A stretch of DNA of 64,000 nucleotides from positions 8,064 through 72,063 of the forward strand of contig DNHS01000056.1 of NCBI GenBank assembly GCA_003485765.1, read 5' to 3'. The notes below the pieces were generated by a model. That model was not told where the DNA came from. It searched no databases and saw only the letters and a list, made by a program, of their open reading frames with translations. Source of the DNA: Candidatus Omnitrophota bacterium (GTDB lineage Bacteria > Omnitrophota > Gorgyraeia > Gorgyraeales > Gorgyraeaceae). The position numbers were made by a program, and so were the translations under genes. Below, piece by piece: positions 40,629 to 51,107 of this stretch (the stretch's first letter is position 1; each line of letters begins with the position of its first letter).

Positions 40629-42869
40629 CTAAGGAGTGGCTAAACCCTGGTCCCCGCTAACTTCTTCCTTGGTATTTTCCTCTTTTGCCTGATATTCCTC
40701 TATCAATATCTCCCTGGGCTTACTGCCTCTAAAGGGGCCTATTATGCCCTCTTCTTCCATAGCATCCACAATCCTGGCAGCCCTTGTATAACCAAGCCTT
40801 AGTCTCCTCTGAAGCATTGAAACAGACGCCTGGCCTGTTTCCAGCACCATTTTCACTGCCTCATCAAAAAATTCATCCTTTTCAAACCCGCCCCTGGCTG
40901 ATACGCTCTTTTTTTGCTGTTCAAGTATCTCGTTGTCATACACAGGTTCCTGCTGGGACTTTATAAAATTCACAACCTTTTCTATTTCAGAGTCTGTAAG
41001 ATATGTGCCTTGAGCTCTTATCGGTTTTGGCCTTCCAGGCTCCAAAAACAGCATATCTCCTTTTCCTAACAGTTTATCAGCGCCGTTCATATCAAGTACT
41101 GTCCTGGAATCAACCTTTGATGCAACCTTAAATGAGATCCTAGCGGGAAAATTTGCCTTTATTACACCTGTCACAACATCTACAGATGGCCTCTGGGTGG
41201 CGAGTATCATATGAATGCCAACTGCCCTTGAAAGCTGCGCAAGACGCGTGATAGCATTTTCAATATCTTCCTGGGCAACCATCATAAGGTCTGCTAATTC
41301 GTCTATTATAACAACTATATAAGGTAATTTCTCTTCTGATTTCTGGTTAAACGCTGTTATGTTTCTCACGGCTATCTTTGCGAGCATTTTATATCTTGCT
41401 TCCATTTCGCTCACAACCCAGCTAAGCGCGCCTGAGGCCTTTTTTGCATCAGTCACAACAGGGCACAATAGATGAGGCAGGCCATTGTATATTGCAAGCT
41501 CTACCATCTTTGGGTCAACCATTAAAAATTTCAATTCTTCAGGCGTAGCATTATAAACCATGCTCATTATCAGGGAATTTACGCAAACAGTCTTTCCAGA
41601 ACCAGTAGTGCCTGCTATTAAAAGATGAGGCATATCTCCCAGATCCGTAACCACTGATTTGCCTGATATATCTTTGCCAAGGGCCATGGCCAGTTTTGAA
41701 GAAGCTGCCATCTTCTGAAACTCGCTGGATTCCAGTATTTCCCTTAAGAAAACCATAGACGTATCTAGATTAGGCACTTCTATGCCGACGCAGGATTTTC
41801 CAGGTATAGGAGCTACTATCCTTACAGTAGTCGCCTTCATAGTAAGGGCTATGTCATCACTAAGACTTGTGATCCTGTTTACCTTTACACCAGGCGCAGG
41901 CTGTAATTCATATCTTGTAATAACAGGTCCTTTGCTTATATCCAAAACCTTTGACTCTATACCGAAATCCCTTAGCGTATCCTCAAGTATTCTTGCGCTT
42001 TCCTCAAGATTCTCCCCAAAAATATTTCCAAGCTCGTGAGTAGGTGAATCCAATAACTCAAGACCTGGAAGCTTGTAGCCGCCCACAACTCTCGGCTCAA
42101 CCTTTGCCGCTTTTACAAGCGCGGGTTTTGGCCTGGCTACAGGCTTTGACATTATATTTATCCTTGGCCTTTCTTCAGCTTTAACTTCTTTTTCTTCTAC
42201 TTCTTCTTTGTTTCCACTGCTTACTTTCTTCTCCACCCTTACCGCAGGCCTTAATCTCGGCCCACTAGCAGGCTTTTCAATTTTTGCATCCCTAACAGCT
42301 CCTTTTTCTCTTTTTCGCTTACCTATTTTATCCGCTACAGCCCATATTTTCATGAATAAAATAGAAACTACAGGCACTATTAAAAATTCTGTAGCAACTA
42401 GAAGCGCCAATATAGTTAAACTTATCGTCACTATATATCCGCCAATAGCCCCAAGATAATCCAGGAGAAACCTGTCAGTCAATAAAAATCCTAAAAGCCC
42501 TCCTCTAGCCACCATCAAAACTGAATCAGGCCTAGCTGTTAAACTGAAAAATGCAGAACTTGCGGAGAATAAAAATAAAATGCCAAGAATTCTGTATAAA
42601 AGCCTTCCTGTCAGCCTTTCAGCTAAAATCCCTATGCCCCATACTATAAAAAGAAACGGTATAAAAAATCCTGCATATCCTATTAGTTTGAATATTGCCC
42701 ACGCAGTATATGCGCCTATTATTCCTATATAATTACGGATATGGATATTAGGAGTGGATGTTTCAAATCCGATATCATAAAGCGAGTATGAAATCATTCC
42801 AGCCAAAAGCAACAGCGCCAGAACAAACAATCCAATGGAAACTATAAGGTCTTTGTTATCCTTGCTCAT
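40629..42869 (-). CDS. ftsK: DNA translocase FtsK/SpoIIIE
   Basis: 746 aa. N-terminal TM helices, Pro/Lys-rich linker, Walker A GTTGSGKT, C-terminal gamma wHTH domain. Confidence 0.95.
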   Translation of the reverse strand: MSKDNKDLIVSIGLFVLALLLLAGMISYSLYDIGFETSTPNIHIRNYIGIIGAYTAWAIFKLIGYAGFFIPFLFIVWGIGILAERLTGRLLYRILGILFLFSASSAFFSLTARPDSVLMVARGGLLGFLLTDRFLLDYLGAIGGYIVTISLTILALLVATEFLIVPVVSILFMKIWAVADKIGKRKREKGAVRDAKIEKPASGPRLRPAVRVEKKVSSGNKEEVEEKEVKAEERPRINIMSKPVARPKPALVKAAKVEPRVVGGYKLPGLELLDSPTHELGNIFGENLEESARILEDTLRDFGIESKVLDISKGPVITRYELQPAPGVKVNRITSLSDDIALTMKATTVRIVAPIPGKSCVGIEVPNLDTSMVFLREILESSEFQKMAASSKLAMALGKDISGKSVVTDLGDMPHLLIAGTTGSGKTVCVNSLIMSMVYNATPEELKFLMVDPKMVELAIYNGLPHLLCPVVTDAKKASGALSWVVSEMEARYKMLAKIAVRNITAFNQKSEEKLPYIVVIIDELADLMMVAQEDIENAITRLAQLSRAVGIHMILATQRPSVDVVTGVIKANFPARISFKVASKVDSRTVLDMNGADKLLGKGDMLFLEPGRPKPIRAQGTYLTDSEIEKVVNFIKSQQEPVYDNEILEQQKKSVSARGGFEKDEFFDEAVKMVLETGQASVSMLQRRLRLGYTRAARIVDAMEEEGIIGPFRGSKPREILIEEYQAKEENTKEEVSGDQGLATP

Positions 42870-42870
42870 T

Positions 42871-43650
42871 CTATGGTTTTAAAATTAAAACAACCGCTAT
42901 TCCCAGCAGAATACAATATATCCCAAACCAATGAAACTTATTTCTATAAAGCACTTTTAATAATACTTTTAATGATACAACCCCTACAATACAAGATATA
43001 AAAAGTCCGATAAAATAATTTATATTTACGCCTGTAAGATTAAACCCTGTTTCCTTGATTTTAAATAAGAACGCCCCTAGTATTGCCGGGATAGATAATA
43101 AAAACGAGAATTTTGCAGCAGTCTGTCCATCAAGCCCTAAAAATAACCCTGTGGAAATCGTGGCGCCGCTCCTGGATATGCCAGGTAAAGCTGCTATACC
43201 CTGAGCTAGTCCAATCAAACCTGCTTTAAAAACTGTCATACCCTCTGTTCCAAGTCTTATGAAATTAGCAGCAATAAGCCATATGCCTGTCAGTATAAGC
43301 ATAATACCGACTGTTCTTACATTACTAAATGCAGCCTCTATGTTTTTAATAAAGAACAAAACAAAAACAAATGTTACTAAGCTGCTTGCTAAAATTAATG
43401 CGCCTATTCTTTTTTTAGTAGTTACACTTTCTATTATATCTCTGCCGAATACTATAAATACGGCTACTAAGGTTCCAAGATGCAAAAATAAATCGAAAAG
43501 AATTTCAGGCTCATTAAGGCCCATTAATTTATGCAAAATAACCAAATGGCCTGAGCTTGAAATAGGTAAAAACTCTGCCACGCCCTGCACGATCCCTGAA
43601 ATTATAGCCTGAAATAACCCCATAACCCCGTATGTTACAAAACAAGTCAT
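42871..43650 (-). CDS. uppP: Undecaprenyl-diphosphatase
   Basis: BacA family, EFLPISSSGH motif. The real start is probably the internal Met at 43623, which would leave the palindromic repeat fully intergenic. Confidence 0.85.
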   Translation of the reverse strand: MTCFVTYGVMGLFQAIISGIVQGVAEFLPISSSGHLVILHKLMGLNEPEILFDLFLHLGTLVAVFIVFGRDIIESVTTKKRIGALILASSLVTFVFVLFFIKNIEAAFSNVRTVGIMLILTGIWLIAANFIRLGTEGMTVFKAGLIGLAQGIAALPGISRSGATISTGLFLGLDGQTAAKFSFLLSIPAILGAFLFKIKETGFNLTGVNINYFIGLFISCIVGVVSLKVLLKVLYRNKFHWFGIYCILLGIAVVLILKP

Positions 43651-43666
43651 ACTCGTTTTGTAACAT
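43632..43666. repeat. 35-bp palindromic intergenic element, copy 4
   Basis: ATGTTACAAAACaagtcatactcGTTTTGTAACAT between pnp and uppP. Confidence 0.8.
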
Positions 43667-43677
43667 TAGCGTTTAGT

Positions 43678-45756
43678 TTATTGGCTTGCCTGTTTTATGC
43701 TCAGGTTCAATCTGCCCATCTCGTCTATCTTAATGAGCTTAACTCTGACCTTGTCCCCAATCTTAACAACATCTTCCGCGTTTTTAACAAACTTATCCGA
43801 AAGCTCAGAAACATGCACAAGGCCTTCCTTGCCAGGCAGTATCTCGCAGAACGCTCCAAAGTTCATAATCTTTTTTACAGTAGCTTCATAAATCGTGCCG
43901 ACTTCGGGCTCGCTTGTAATACCCTTTATTATATCAATCGCTTTTCTGGAAGCCTCTTCATTGTCAGAAGCAACAGAAACTTTTCCTTCATCATCCACTT
44001 CTATTGTAGCGCCTGTATCCTGAATTATCCTTTTTATAATTTTGCCTCCCGGGCCTATCAAAGCTCCTATTTTTTCCTTGTCTATCATCAATGTGGTTAT
44101 CCTTGGCGCATATTCTGATAATTCTTTTCTAGGCGCATTTATTGTTTCTATTATTTTGTTTAAGATAAATGCCCTTGCAGGATTCGCCTGCTTAACTATC
44201 TTTCTGATTAAATTCATATCTATTCCATCTATCTTAAGGTCCATCTGAAGCGCGGTTACGCCTGAATCAGTACCTGCTACCTTGAGATCCATATCGCCGT
44301 AATGGTCTTCCAATCCCGCAATATCAGTTAATATAGCTACTTCATTCTCTTCCTTTATCAGGCCCATAGCTATGCCTGAAACAGGCTTTGTAATAGGGAC
44401 GCCTGCGTCCATTAAGGAAAGAGTGCTAGCGCAAACAGTTGCCATGCTGCTAGAACCGTTTGACTCAAGTATCTCTGACACAACTCTTACAGTATAAGGA
44501 AACTCTTCATTCGAAGGCATTACTGCCTTGAGCGCCCTTTCTGCTAATGCGCCGTGCCCAATCTCGCGCCTGCCAGGCCCTCTCATCGGCTTTGTCTCTC
44601 CAACGCTAAAAGGCGGAAAATTATAATGCAGCATGAAACTTTTAAGTTTCTCGCCCTCAAGCGTATCCATCCTCTGCTCATCCTGGCTGGTGCCAAGTGT
44701 GGTGATTGATAAACTCTGGGTCTGGCCTCTTGTAAAAAGGCCTGAACCGTGAGTCCTTGGCAAAAGGCCTACTTCGCAGTTTATAGGCCTTATATCTTCA
44801 TATTTTCTAGTATCTATTCTTATTTTTTTCTCCAGAATAAACTTTCTAACCTCGGTTTTTTCTACTTCATACAACGCGTTTTTTATATCAAATTCGCTCA
44901 AGCCTTCATCTTCCTGGGTTAGTTTCTCGATAATCTGCCTGGCTAAAATATTAAAAGCATCTTCTCTCTGTTCTTTTGCAGGCAGAGCATTTATTTTTTT
45001 AAGCTCATCTATAGAAATCTTCCTTACTTTTTCATGCAGCCCGCTAGACACAAGCTTCAATTCAGGTTTAGTCTTTTCCTTGCCGCATTTTTTCTTAAGT
45101 TCTTCTTGTAATTCTATGCTTACTTTTATATACTCCTGGCTTAACTCTATTGCCTCAAGCATTTTTTCTTCTGAAATCTGATTTGCCCCTGCTTCCAGCA
45201 TTATGATCTTGTCTTTGAGCCCAGCTGAAACTAGATTCAATGAACTTTCCTCCAGCTCTTTAAAAGTAGGATTAATTACAAACTCTCCGCCTACTAATCC
45301 AATCCTTACCGCTCCTATAGGCCCCGTAAAAGGTATATCTGAAATAGCCAATGCGCAGGAAGCGCCTATAATTGCAGGTATATCAGAATCATTCTGGCCG
45401 TCGCTTGAAAGCACTATTGCAACAACCTGAACATCATTTACAAAGCCTTTTGGAAAGAGCGGCCTTATCGGCCTGTCTATAAGCCTTGATGTTAAAATCT
45501 CTTTTTCAGTAGGCCTTCCTTCGCGCTTAAAAAATCCTCCAGGGATCCTGCCTGCTGCGTATGTTTTTTCCTGGTATTCTACAGTAAGCGGGAAAAAATC
45601 AATGCCTTCCCTGAGTTCATTTGAACAAACAGCTGTAACCAGGACCATGGTTCCTCCATACTGCACGCGCACTGCCCCATTGGCCTGTTTTGCCATGCTG
45701 CCTGTTTCTATGATAATTGTTTCTTTTCCTATTTTTCTTTCGACTTTATGAATCAT
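43678..45756 (-). CDS. pnp: Polyribonucleotide nucleotidyltransferase (PNPase)
   Basis: 692 aa. Two RNase PH domains, KH domain, S1 domain. Confidence 0.95.
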   Translation of the reverse strand: MIHKVERKIGKETIIIETGSMAKQANGAVRVQYGGTMVLVTAVCSNELREGIDFFPLTVEYQEKTYAAGRIPGGFFKREGRPTEKEILTSRLIDRPIRPLFPKGFVNDVQVVAIVLSSDGQNDSDIPAIIGASCALAISDIPFTGPIGAVRIGLVGGEFVINPTFKELEESSLNLVSAGLKDKIIMLEAGANQISEEKMLEAIELSQEYIKVSIELQEELKKKCGKEKTKPELKLVSSGLHEKVRKISIDELKKINALPAKEQREDAFNILARQIIEKLTQEDEGLSEFDIKNALYEVEKTEVRKFILEKKIRIDTRKYEDIRPINCEVGLLPRTHGSGLFTRGQTQSLSITTLGTSQDEQRMDTLEGEKLKSFMLHYNFPPFSVGETKPMRGPGRREIGHGALAERALKAVMPSNEEFPYTVRVVSEILESNGSSSMATVCASTLSLMDAGVPITKPVSGIAMGLIKEENEVAILTDIAGLEDHYGDMDLKVAGTDSGVTALQMDLKIDGIDMNLIRKIVKQANPARAFILNKIIETINAPRKELSEYAPRITTLMIDKEKIGALIGPGGKIIKRIIQDTGATIEVDDEGKVSVASDNEEASRKAIDIIKGITSEPEVGTIYEATVKKIMNFGAFCEILPGKEGLVHVSELSDKFVKNAEDVVKIGDKVRVKLIKIDEMGRLNLSIKQASQ

Positions 45757-45771
45757 AATTCCTTTCTTATG

Positions 45772-45837
45772 AAAAAAGCGGACTTAAAGACCTTTTTCCT
45801 TCTAATCTAAAAACTAACAGCAGGTCGTTAAATCCGC
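45772..45837 (-). terminator. Long imperfect hairpin plus U-run between rpsO and pnp (rpsO terminator / pnp leader processing hairpin)
   Basis: GCGGATTTAACGACC...GGTCTTTAAGTCCGC followed by TTTTTT on the minus strand, about 15 nt upstream of the pnp start. Analogous to the RNase III-targeted hairpin known in the E. coli rpsO-pnp leader. Confidence 0.5.
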
Positions 45838-45843
45838 CTTCCA

Positions 45844-46110
45844 TTATTTTTTCAAACTCAGCTTATCAGCAAGTTCGCGGTATTTTTCCGGGTTTTCTTT
45901 TTTAAGATAATCCAGAAGTCTTTTTCTATTGCCAACCATACGTAAAAGCCCGACCCTTGAATTAAAGTCCTTCTTATGGGACTTGAAATGATCTGTAAGG
46001 CCATTGATCCTCTCTGTAAGTATTGCTATCTGCACATTACAAGAGCCAGTATCTTTTTCGTGTTCAGCAAACTTCTTTATTACCTCTTTTTTTCTTTCCT
46101 TTATTATCAC
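45844..46110 (-). CDS. rpsO: 30S ribosomal protein S15
   Basis: 88 aa. GSCNVQIAILTERI...LLRMVGNRKRLLDYL S15 signature. Confidence 0.95.
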   Translation of the reverse strand: MIIKERKKEVIKKFAEHEKDTGSCNVQIAILTERINGLTDHFKSHKKDFNSRVGLLRMVGNRKRLLDYLKKENPEKYRELADKLSLKK

Positions 46111-46125
46111 TTTTAACCTCCAATT

Positions 46126-47022
46126 TTAGATTATACTATGCCTTTTTATCCTGGTCAAGAAAAAATTTCCAATAATATAACAATACATCTTGATCTCGTA
46201 TAATAATATAAACGGTAAATTTATTAAAAAACCAGCTATTGAATCATTTTTTTTCATGCATTTATATCTATTCCTTATATATTTTTTCTTTAATTCATCT
46301 GATATGCCTCTAAAGATGTCATTGCGAGGCCGTAGGCCAAAACAATCTTTATTTTCAATAACAGCCGTCGCGCCTCTCTCATGATACGCTGTTGCCATAG
46401 GATTATAATACGCCTTCCATCCCTTTTTCTGCGCCCTCCAGCATAAATCCAAGTCTTCATAGTATATCTCAAAGGTTTCATCAAAATACCCGTTTTTATC
46501 TTTTATATCGTCTAACATAACTTTTTTCATAAGCATGCACGAGCCGCTTACGCCAAAAACATATTCTGGTTTCTCGTGCTGACCTTTATCTAGTTTCCCA
46601 TACCCTCTCTCTAATGGCTTTCTGTTTCTGGCTACAAATAATCCCGTAGAATCTATTGTCTTTTTATCCGTCCTGAAAATCTTCCCGCTTACCATGCCTA
46701 TTCTTTTATCTAAGTTAAAAGAACTTAACGCCTCTTTTAAATAATCCTTATCCAGCACGCAATCGCTGTTTAAGCACAGTATAAAATCCCCCTTCGCCTC
46801 TTTTATGCCTTGATTGTTTGCCTTGCAAAAAAACAAGTTTTCTGTATTTTGCAATAATTTAACTTCAGGATACATGGCATTAACCATCCCACTGCTAGCG
46901 TCTAAAGAACTATTATCTACTACTATTACTTCTTTATCGCCAAAACTCTGCGTCATCACAGAATCTATGCAGCCTTTCAACAAATCTTTTCTATTATAAT
47001 TTACTATTATTACTGATATCAT
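46126..47022 (-). CDS. Glycosyltransferase family 2 (last gene of the RiPP-like operon; candidate peptide glycosyltransferase)
   Basis: 298 aa. ISVIIVNYNRKDLL...VVDNSS..., DxD-type motif (LNSDCV). Packed against the B2-like gene. Confidence 0.7.
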   Translation of the reverse strand: MISVIIVNYNRKDLLKGCIDSVMTQSFGDKEVIVVDNSSLDASSGMVNAMYPEVKLLQNTENLFFCKANNQGIKEAKGDFILCLNSDCVLDKDYLKEALSSFNLDKRIGMVSGKIFRTDKKTIDSTGLFVARNRKPLERGYGKLDKGQHEKPEYVFGVSGSCMLMKKVMLDDIKDKNGYFDETFEIYYEDLDLCWRAQKKGWKAYYNPMATAYHERGATAVIENKDCFGLRPRNDIFRGISDELKKKYIRNRYKCMKKNDSIAGFLINLPFILLYEIKMYCYIIGNFFLTRIKRHSII

Positions 47023-47027
47023 AATTT

Positions 47028-47447
47028 TTAAATAATTATATTACGAGGAGGAAAAATAAAACATACCTTAAAATCTTCGTTCATCTGAGGCTGAAGCTGC
47101 GCAAGATATGGTTTATCATCTAACGTAAGCCAGGCATGGCCATATATCTTTTCACTGTCGCCTTTTACGCCTATATTAATCCTGACTTCGATGCCTTTTT
47201 CCCTCAAAAATTTATAAAGAATCAAAGATCTTTTAAGACAGGTCCCTCGCCTGCTAAAAAATGGCGCTCGCAGCTTAAAAAATAAATCAAGATATTTTGT
47301 TATCTTTGATATATTCCATTCTCTTAATTTAGGAGGCCTGCAAGGCGTCCATGATTTAAGGATTTCAGGAAGAGGTTTTATATGTATTATGACTGGCAGA
47401 ATAAAAAATAGATAAGAAACTCTTGCAAAAAGAAAAATATCTTTCAT
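47028..47447 (-). CDS. Transglutaminase-like cysteine protease, lasso-peptide B2 / McjB C-terminal-domain family (candidate leader peptidase)
   Basis: Putative Cys/His/Asp triad within CLKRSLILYKFLREKGIEVRINIGV...GHAWLTLDD. Start chosen at MKDIF (47447), forming an ATGA overlap with the GT4 stop. Confidence 0.6.
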   Translation of the reverse strand: MKDIFLFARVSYLFFILPVIIHIKPLPEILKSWTPCRPPKLREWNISKITKYLDLFFKLRAPFFSRRGTCLKRSLILYKFLREKGIEVRINIGVKGDSEKIYGHAWLTLDDKPYLAQLQPQMNEDFKVCFIFPPRNIII

Positions 47448-48685
47448 GGCGATCTGCCTTCTGACTTGAGCGAATGCTCTAATAAAAGCGCCTTGCAAGC
47501 CATGACCCACTGCTGGATGCTTTCATCAAAATCCTCTGTCTTTTCAGAAAACTTCCTTGCCTTCTGGCCTATTTTTATCGCTATATCAGGGCTTTTTACG
47601 ATTGACTGCAATCTTCGCGCAAACTCCTTCGTATTATCAGGATCGACTATATAGCTATTTACGCCATCCTGCAGCATGCGGTATACCCCTTTTTCAGCCA
47701 CGCCTTTCCCAATAATAACACACCTGCCGCATGCCATTGCCTCCCTGGCAATCTTAGGATAATGCGTGTTTTTGGGAAGATAAGGCTCTTCAGAGGTTTC
47801 TGGAGAAACAACGCAGGTAGCTGAATTTATAAGAGCCGGCATTCTCCATGGAGCTTGAAAAGGTAGAAACACGGCTTTCCCGCCTAATCCTTTTGAGTGG
47901 ACATACTTCTTCAGCAATAATGATCTTTCATTATTACCCACCACAAATATCAGCCTGAATTTTTCTTTTTTTATGCTACTGCACGCATCTACAAAATTAA
48001 ATGATTTTTTAAGCTTTGAAACTTTGCCTATATATAAAAATGTAGTCATTTTTTCTTTTTTGTTTTTCCTTGAATATAAAGACATATCGAATGGCTTAAC
48101 GTCGGGATGAAACGCTTTTAAGTCTATAGATCTTCGCAATCCAATTATAAATTTATCCCGGCTTATTTTACATCTCCTTAAAATTTTCCGGCTATGTCGC
48201 TGTGTAGTCGATATCTTATCAGCGCCTTTAAATATTTCTATAAAAAGTGATTTTAAAGACGGCGAATCAAATAACCGGGTTATATCGCTTCCAGCGTGAG
48301 CAACCATAAATGGTTTTTTAGTGATATATTTTGCCATCAAACCAGCCACTCCATAAGGCATAAGATATTCTGAATAAATAAGGTCTATGTCATATTTTCT
48401 TATGACCTCAATAGCTATATTGACTAACTTTGGAATATACGGATTGTATGAAGGAATAAAAAACGGCGTATCGCAAGCTGTGCTATGCACCCTTACGTTC
48501 TTTGGTTCAAATTGGCCAGGCTTATTTTCTAAGATTTCCTCGCGATAATCCCCTTCAACCTCCATGCAGTTAGTAACGACGTGCACCTTATGATTTAATT
48601 CGCCCAATCCTCTGGCTAACCAGTATATTCCGGATGATACCCCGCCTTCTATTGGAGGATACTTGCTAATAATGCATATCTTCAT
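47444..48685 (-). CDS. Glycosyltransferase family 1 (GT4-type)
   Basis: 413 aa. N-terminal KICIISKYPPIEGGVS and a C-terminal GT4 E-x7-E-like region. Confidence 0.75.
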   Translation of the reverse strand: MKICIISKYPPIEGGVSSGIYWLARGLGELNHKVHVVTNCMEVEGDYREEILENKPGQFEPKNVRVHSTACDTPFFIPSYNPYIPKLVNIAIEVIRKYDIDLIYSEYLMPYGVAGLMAKYITKKPFMVAHAGSDITRLFDSPSLKSLFIEIFKGADKISTTQRHSRKILRRCKISRDKFIIGLRRSIDLKAFHPDVKPFDMSLYSRKNKKEKMTTFLYIGKVSKLKKSFNFVDACSSIKKEKFRLIFVVGNNERSLLLKKYVHSKGLGGKAVFLPFQAPWRMPALINSATCVVSPETSEEPYLPKNTHYPKIAREAMACGRCVIIGKGVAEKGVYRMLQDGVNSYIVDPDNTKEFARRLQSIVKSPDIAIKIGQKARKFSEKTEDFDESIQQWVMACKALLLEHSLKSEGRSP

Positions 48686-49670
48686 ATTTATGTTTTATCA
48701 ACCTCTTTAAAATCAAAGATAAATTAGCAGGAGACTTTATTATATCTTTTCCGCCAAGAAGCAAATAAGAGCGGCATTGCTTAGCCAGCTTTTTCAAAAT
48801 CTCCATAGCTTCAACATGATGATCTCTAACCGGCTCAAGCGATGAGAACATAAGATTTTCAACTATCTTTATCATCGCTTCATTCGAAGAAAGAGGCATG
48901 AGTTTACTTTTCTTTTTATGCGTTATCGTAGGAAATACAATAAAATTCGGAGCAGAAGCTTTTTTATAACAAGCTTTACGCCTTGCGCATACCCCTGTCC
49001 CTTTTTCGTGATCCCTGCGCAGCATTCTGGTTGGAAACGGATAAACTTTCACCTTGGAATTTGAGCGGCATAAAAACGATATATCATCTCCGCGGCAAAT
49101 AAAACCAGCCTTAGTAAGATTTATAGAAATAGTGGTTTTTCCGTATCCGCTATCGCCCGGAAATAATATACTAACATCGCCCTTTGTCAAATAAGCTGCA
49201 TGTAAGGCGAAAAAACCTCTGATTCTAAAAAAATACATCAACATAATGCGGATAGAATTTCTAAAACTCCTTGGTTTAACCTGGCCTGTAGTAAACAACA
49301 AAATTTTATTTTGATGGTAAAGCCCTGCCATGGGCGAAATTTCGCCATAGTTTCCAAGATGCCTGAGATATCTTACATCTTTGATATCTTTAAAATACTG
49401 AGGCCCTTTAAAATCTTTAGAAACGCCGGGCTGCCAATCTGTTTCGGCCGGCATATCTAAAGGAATCTGAGAAAGGTCCTTGACTGAAATAACTACCATG
49501 GTAACATCAGGTTGCTTTTTTTTAACAATGTCTTTGACAAGATACATTTTGTCAATAGCTCTATAAAAAGAGCTGTTATCTGTCATTATCCTGACAGATA
49601 GACCTCCGATCAGACATGTTTCTGTGAACCTATAGCATTTATTAAAATATGGTGTAAAATCAATTTTCAT
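48666..49670 (-). CDS. HPr-kinase-related (HprK C-domain-like) P-loop kinase, candidate precursor-peptide kinase
   Basis: 334 aa. LHAAYLTKGDVSILFPGDSGYGKTTISINL...GDDISFL resembles the HprK Walker-A region. Such kinases accompany PqqD/B2 genes in lasso-peptide loci. Confidence 0.55.
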   Translation of the reverse strand: MKIDFTPYFNKCYRFTETCLIGGLSVRIMTDNSSFYRAIDKMYLVKDIVKKKQPDVTMVVISVKDLSQIPLDMPAETDWQPGVSKDFKGPQYFKDIKDVRYLRHLGNYGEISPMAGLYHQNKILLFTTGQVKPRSFRNSIRIMLMYFFRIRGFFALHAAYLTKGDVSILFPGDSGYGKTTISINLTKAGFICRGDDISFLCRSNSKVKVYPFPTRMLRRDHEKGTGVCARRKACYKKASAPNFIVFPTITHKKKSKLMPLSSNEAMIKIVENLMFSSLEPVRDHHVEAMEILKKLAKQCRSYLLLGGKDIIKSPANLSLILKRLIKHKYEDMHY

Positions 49671-50817
49671 TTGTAAAAGATGGGCTAAAAGCTGTACTTA
49701 TATGCAGGTTTTTCTTTTCCGGCCATCTCCTAAAAGCTGTTTGAAGAGGAAGCTTTTTAAAAACTCGCCAACATTGCGGGTCTGGCGCGGATAATTGATT
49801 GAAGTATGCATGGCTTATGCACAGCGCTCCTCCATGACAGAATTTAAAATTGCGGCATTTCTGGCACAAAGAGTGCGCATTATTCAAATTTCTCAACTGC
49901 CATAATATATCTGAAGAAAAATATACTTCTAGCAGGCTCTTTTGCAGGACATTTCCTACTTTTATAGGAAGCCGCCTGCATGCTAGAACATCGCCATTAG
50001 GAAACAAAGACAATGTCCTGCCTTCGACCACTCCGCAGCACACTTTCCTATGAGCCATGTCTCCTGTTAAAGCGCTGTTAAATATGCCGTCCTCGCATCC
50101 ATTGGCAATATGAAGCTTGCTATGTTTCGCCCTTAATTCAATGCGCATTTTTCTTTTCCAATGATAAATTTTTCTTAATTCTTCCGGGCTTAATAAGTTA
50201 AACTTGTTTTCTTTGCCCTTTCCGATAGGGACAAACCTCCTTATGCCAACCTTTCCAACTCCTAGCTTTTCGCATAGCTGGACAAGCGCAGGCACATCAG
50301 CCATATTTTTCCTTGTCAGCGTAAAAGAAACAGCGGTTCGCATGCCTGTGTTTACCAATAACTTGGCTTTCTCAATTACTTTATCAAAGCTGCCTTTTTC
50401 GCGTATATTGTCATTATTTTCCTGCATGCCTTCAAGGCTCAACTGCACCCTTTTAACTCCCAAAGATTTCAACTTTAAGGCATTTTTCTCGTTAATAAGA
50501 GAGCTGTTGGTCAAAATGCCTACGGTAAATCTGCCCTTATTATATTTATTTACAAATTTCAATAACCGGAAAAAATCTTTTCTGATAAATGGTTCTCCGC
50601 CGGCAAAGTTAAGATAAGAATGGCCCTTTGGCGAGTTTAAAGCTTTAAGCAAATCCAGATACTGGAAAAAGATATCGCATAATTTAGCGAATGGCAGCTC
50701 TTTCATGTTTTCTTTTTCCCTATAACAATGCTTGCAGCTCCAATTACACCTCTCAGTTATATGCCACTGAAGGGTAAAGGCGCGAAAAAAATCAAAATAA
50801 TGAGGTATGGTTTCCAT
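49660..50817 (-). CDS. Radical SAM enzyme with C-terminal SPASM domain (RiPP maturase candidate)
   Basis: 385 aa. CNWSCKHC (CxxxCxxC) near the N-terminus. C-terminal Cys cluster (CCGVVEG...C...CQKCRNFKFCHGGALC) typical of SPASM auxiliary Fe-S domains. Confidence 0.8.
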   Translation of the reverse strand: METIPHYFDFFRAFTLQWHITERCNWSCKHCYREKENMKELPFAKLCDIFFQYLDLLKALNSPKGHSYLNFAGGEPFIRKDFFRLLKFVNKYNKGRFTVGILTNSSLINEKNALKLKSLGVKRVQLSLEGMQENNDNIREKGSFDKVIEKAKLLVNTGMRTAVSFTLTRKNMADVPALVQLCEKLGVGKVGIRRFVPIGKGKENKFNLLSPEELRKIYHWKRKMRIELRAKHSKLHIANGCEDGIFNSALTGDMAHRKVCCGVVEGRTLSLFPNGDVLACRRLPIKVGNVLQKSLLEVYFSSDILWQLRNLNNAHSLCQKCRNFKFCHGGALCISHAYFNQLSAPDPQCWRVFKKLPLQTAFRRWPEKKNLHISTAFSPSFTNEN

Positions 50818-50825
50818 ACTATGTA

Positions 50826-51107
50826 TTAAGCTGTAATTTCTACCATCTTCTCTTTTATAAGTTTTTTTATCTGGCGATTTACGCTAGCGAATGCTTTATC
50901 TTTATCAACGTCATATTCATCCACTATCGCATCGGTTATTTCTCCAATAGTCTTTTTGCCATCCAAAAGCTGCCAAATCCTTACTCCCGCCTCATTAAGC
51001 CTATAAAAATACTTTGTTTCAAAATTTAAAAGAACAGCTTCTTTGTTATCCAGTTCAGTATAGATTATGGACGGCTTAACTCTTAAGCGCTGTTTGGGGT
51101 TTATCAT
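50826..51107 (-). CDS. PqqD-family protein (RiPP recognition element), copy 1
   Basis: 93 aa. Pattern L.N.T...Y.LN..G..IW.LLDG..T..EI matches PqqD/RRE. Confidence 0.7.
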   Translation of the reverse strand: MINPKQRLRVKPSIIYTELDNKEAVLLNFETKYFYRLNEAGVRIWQLLDGKKTIGEITDAIVDEYDVDKDKAFASVNRQIKKLIKEKMVEITA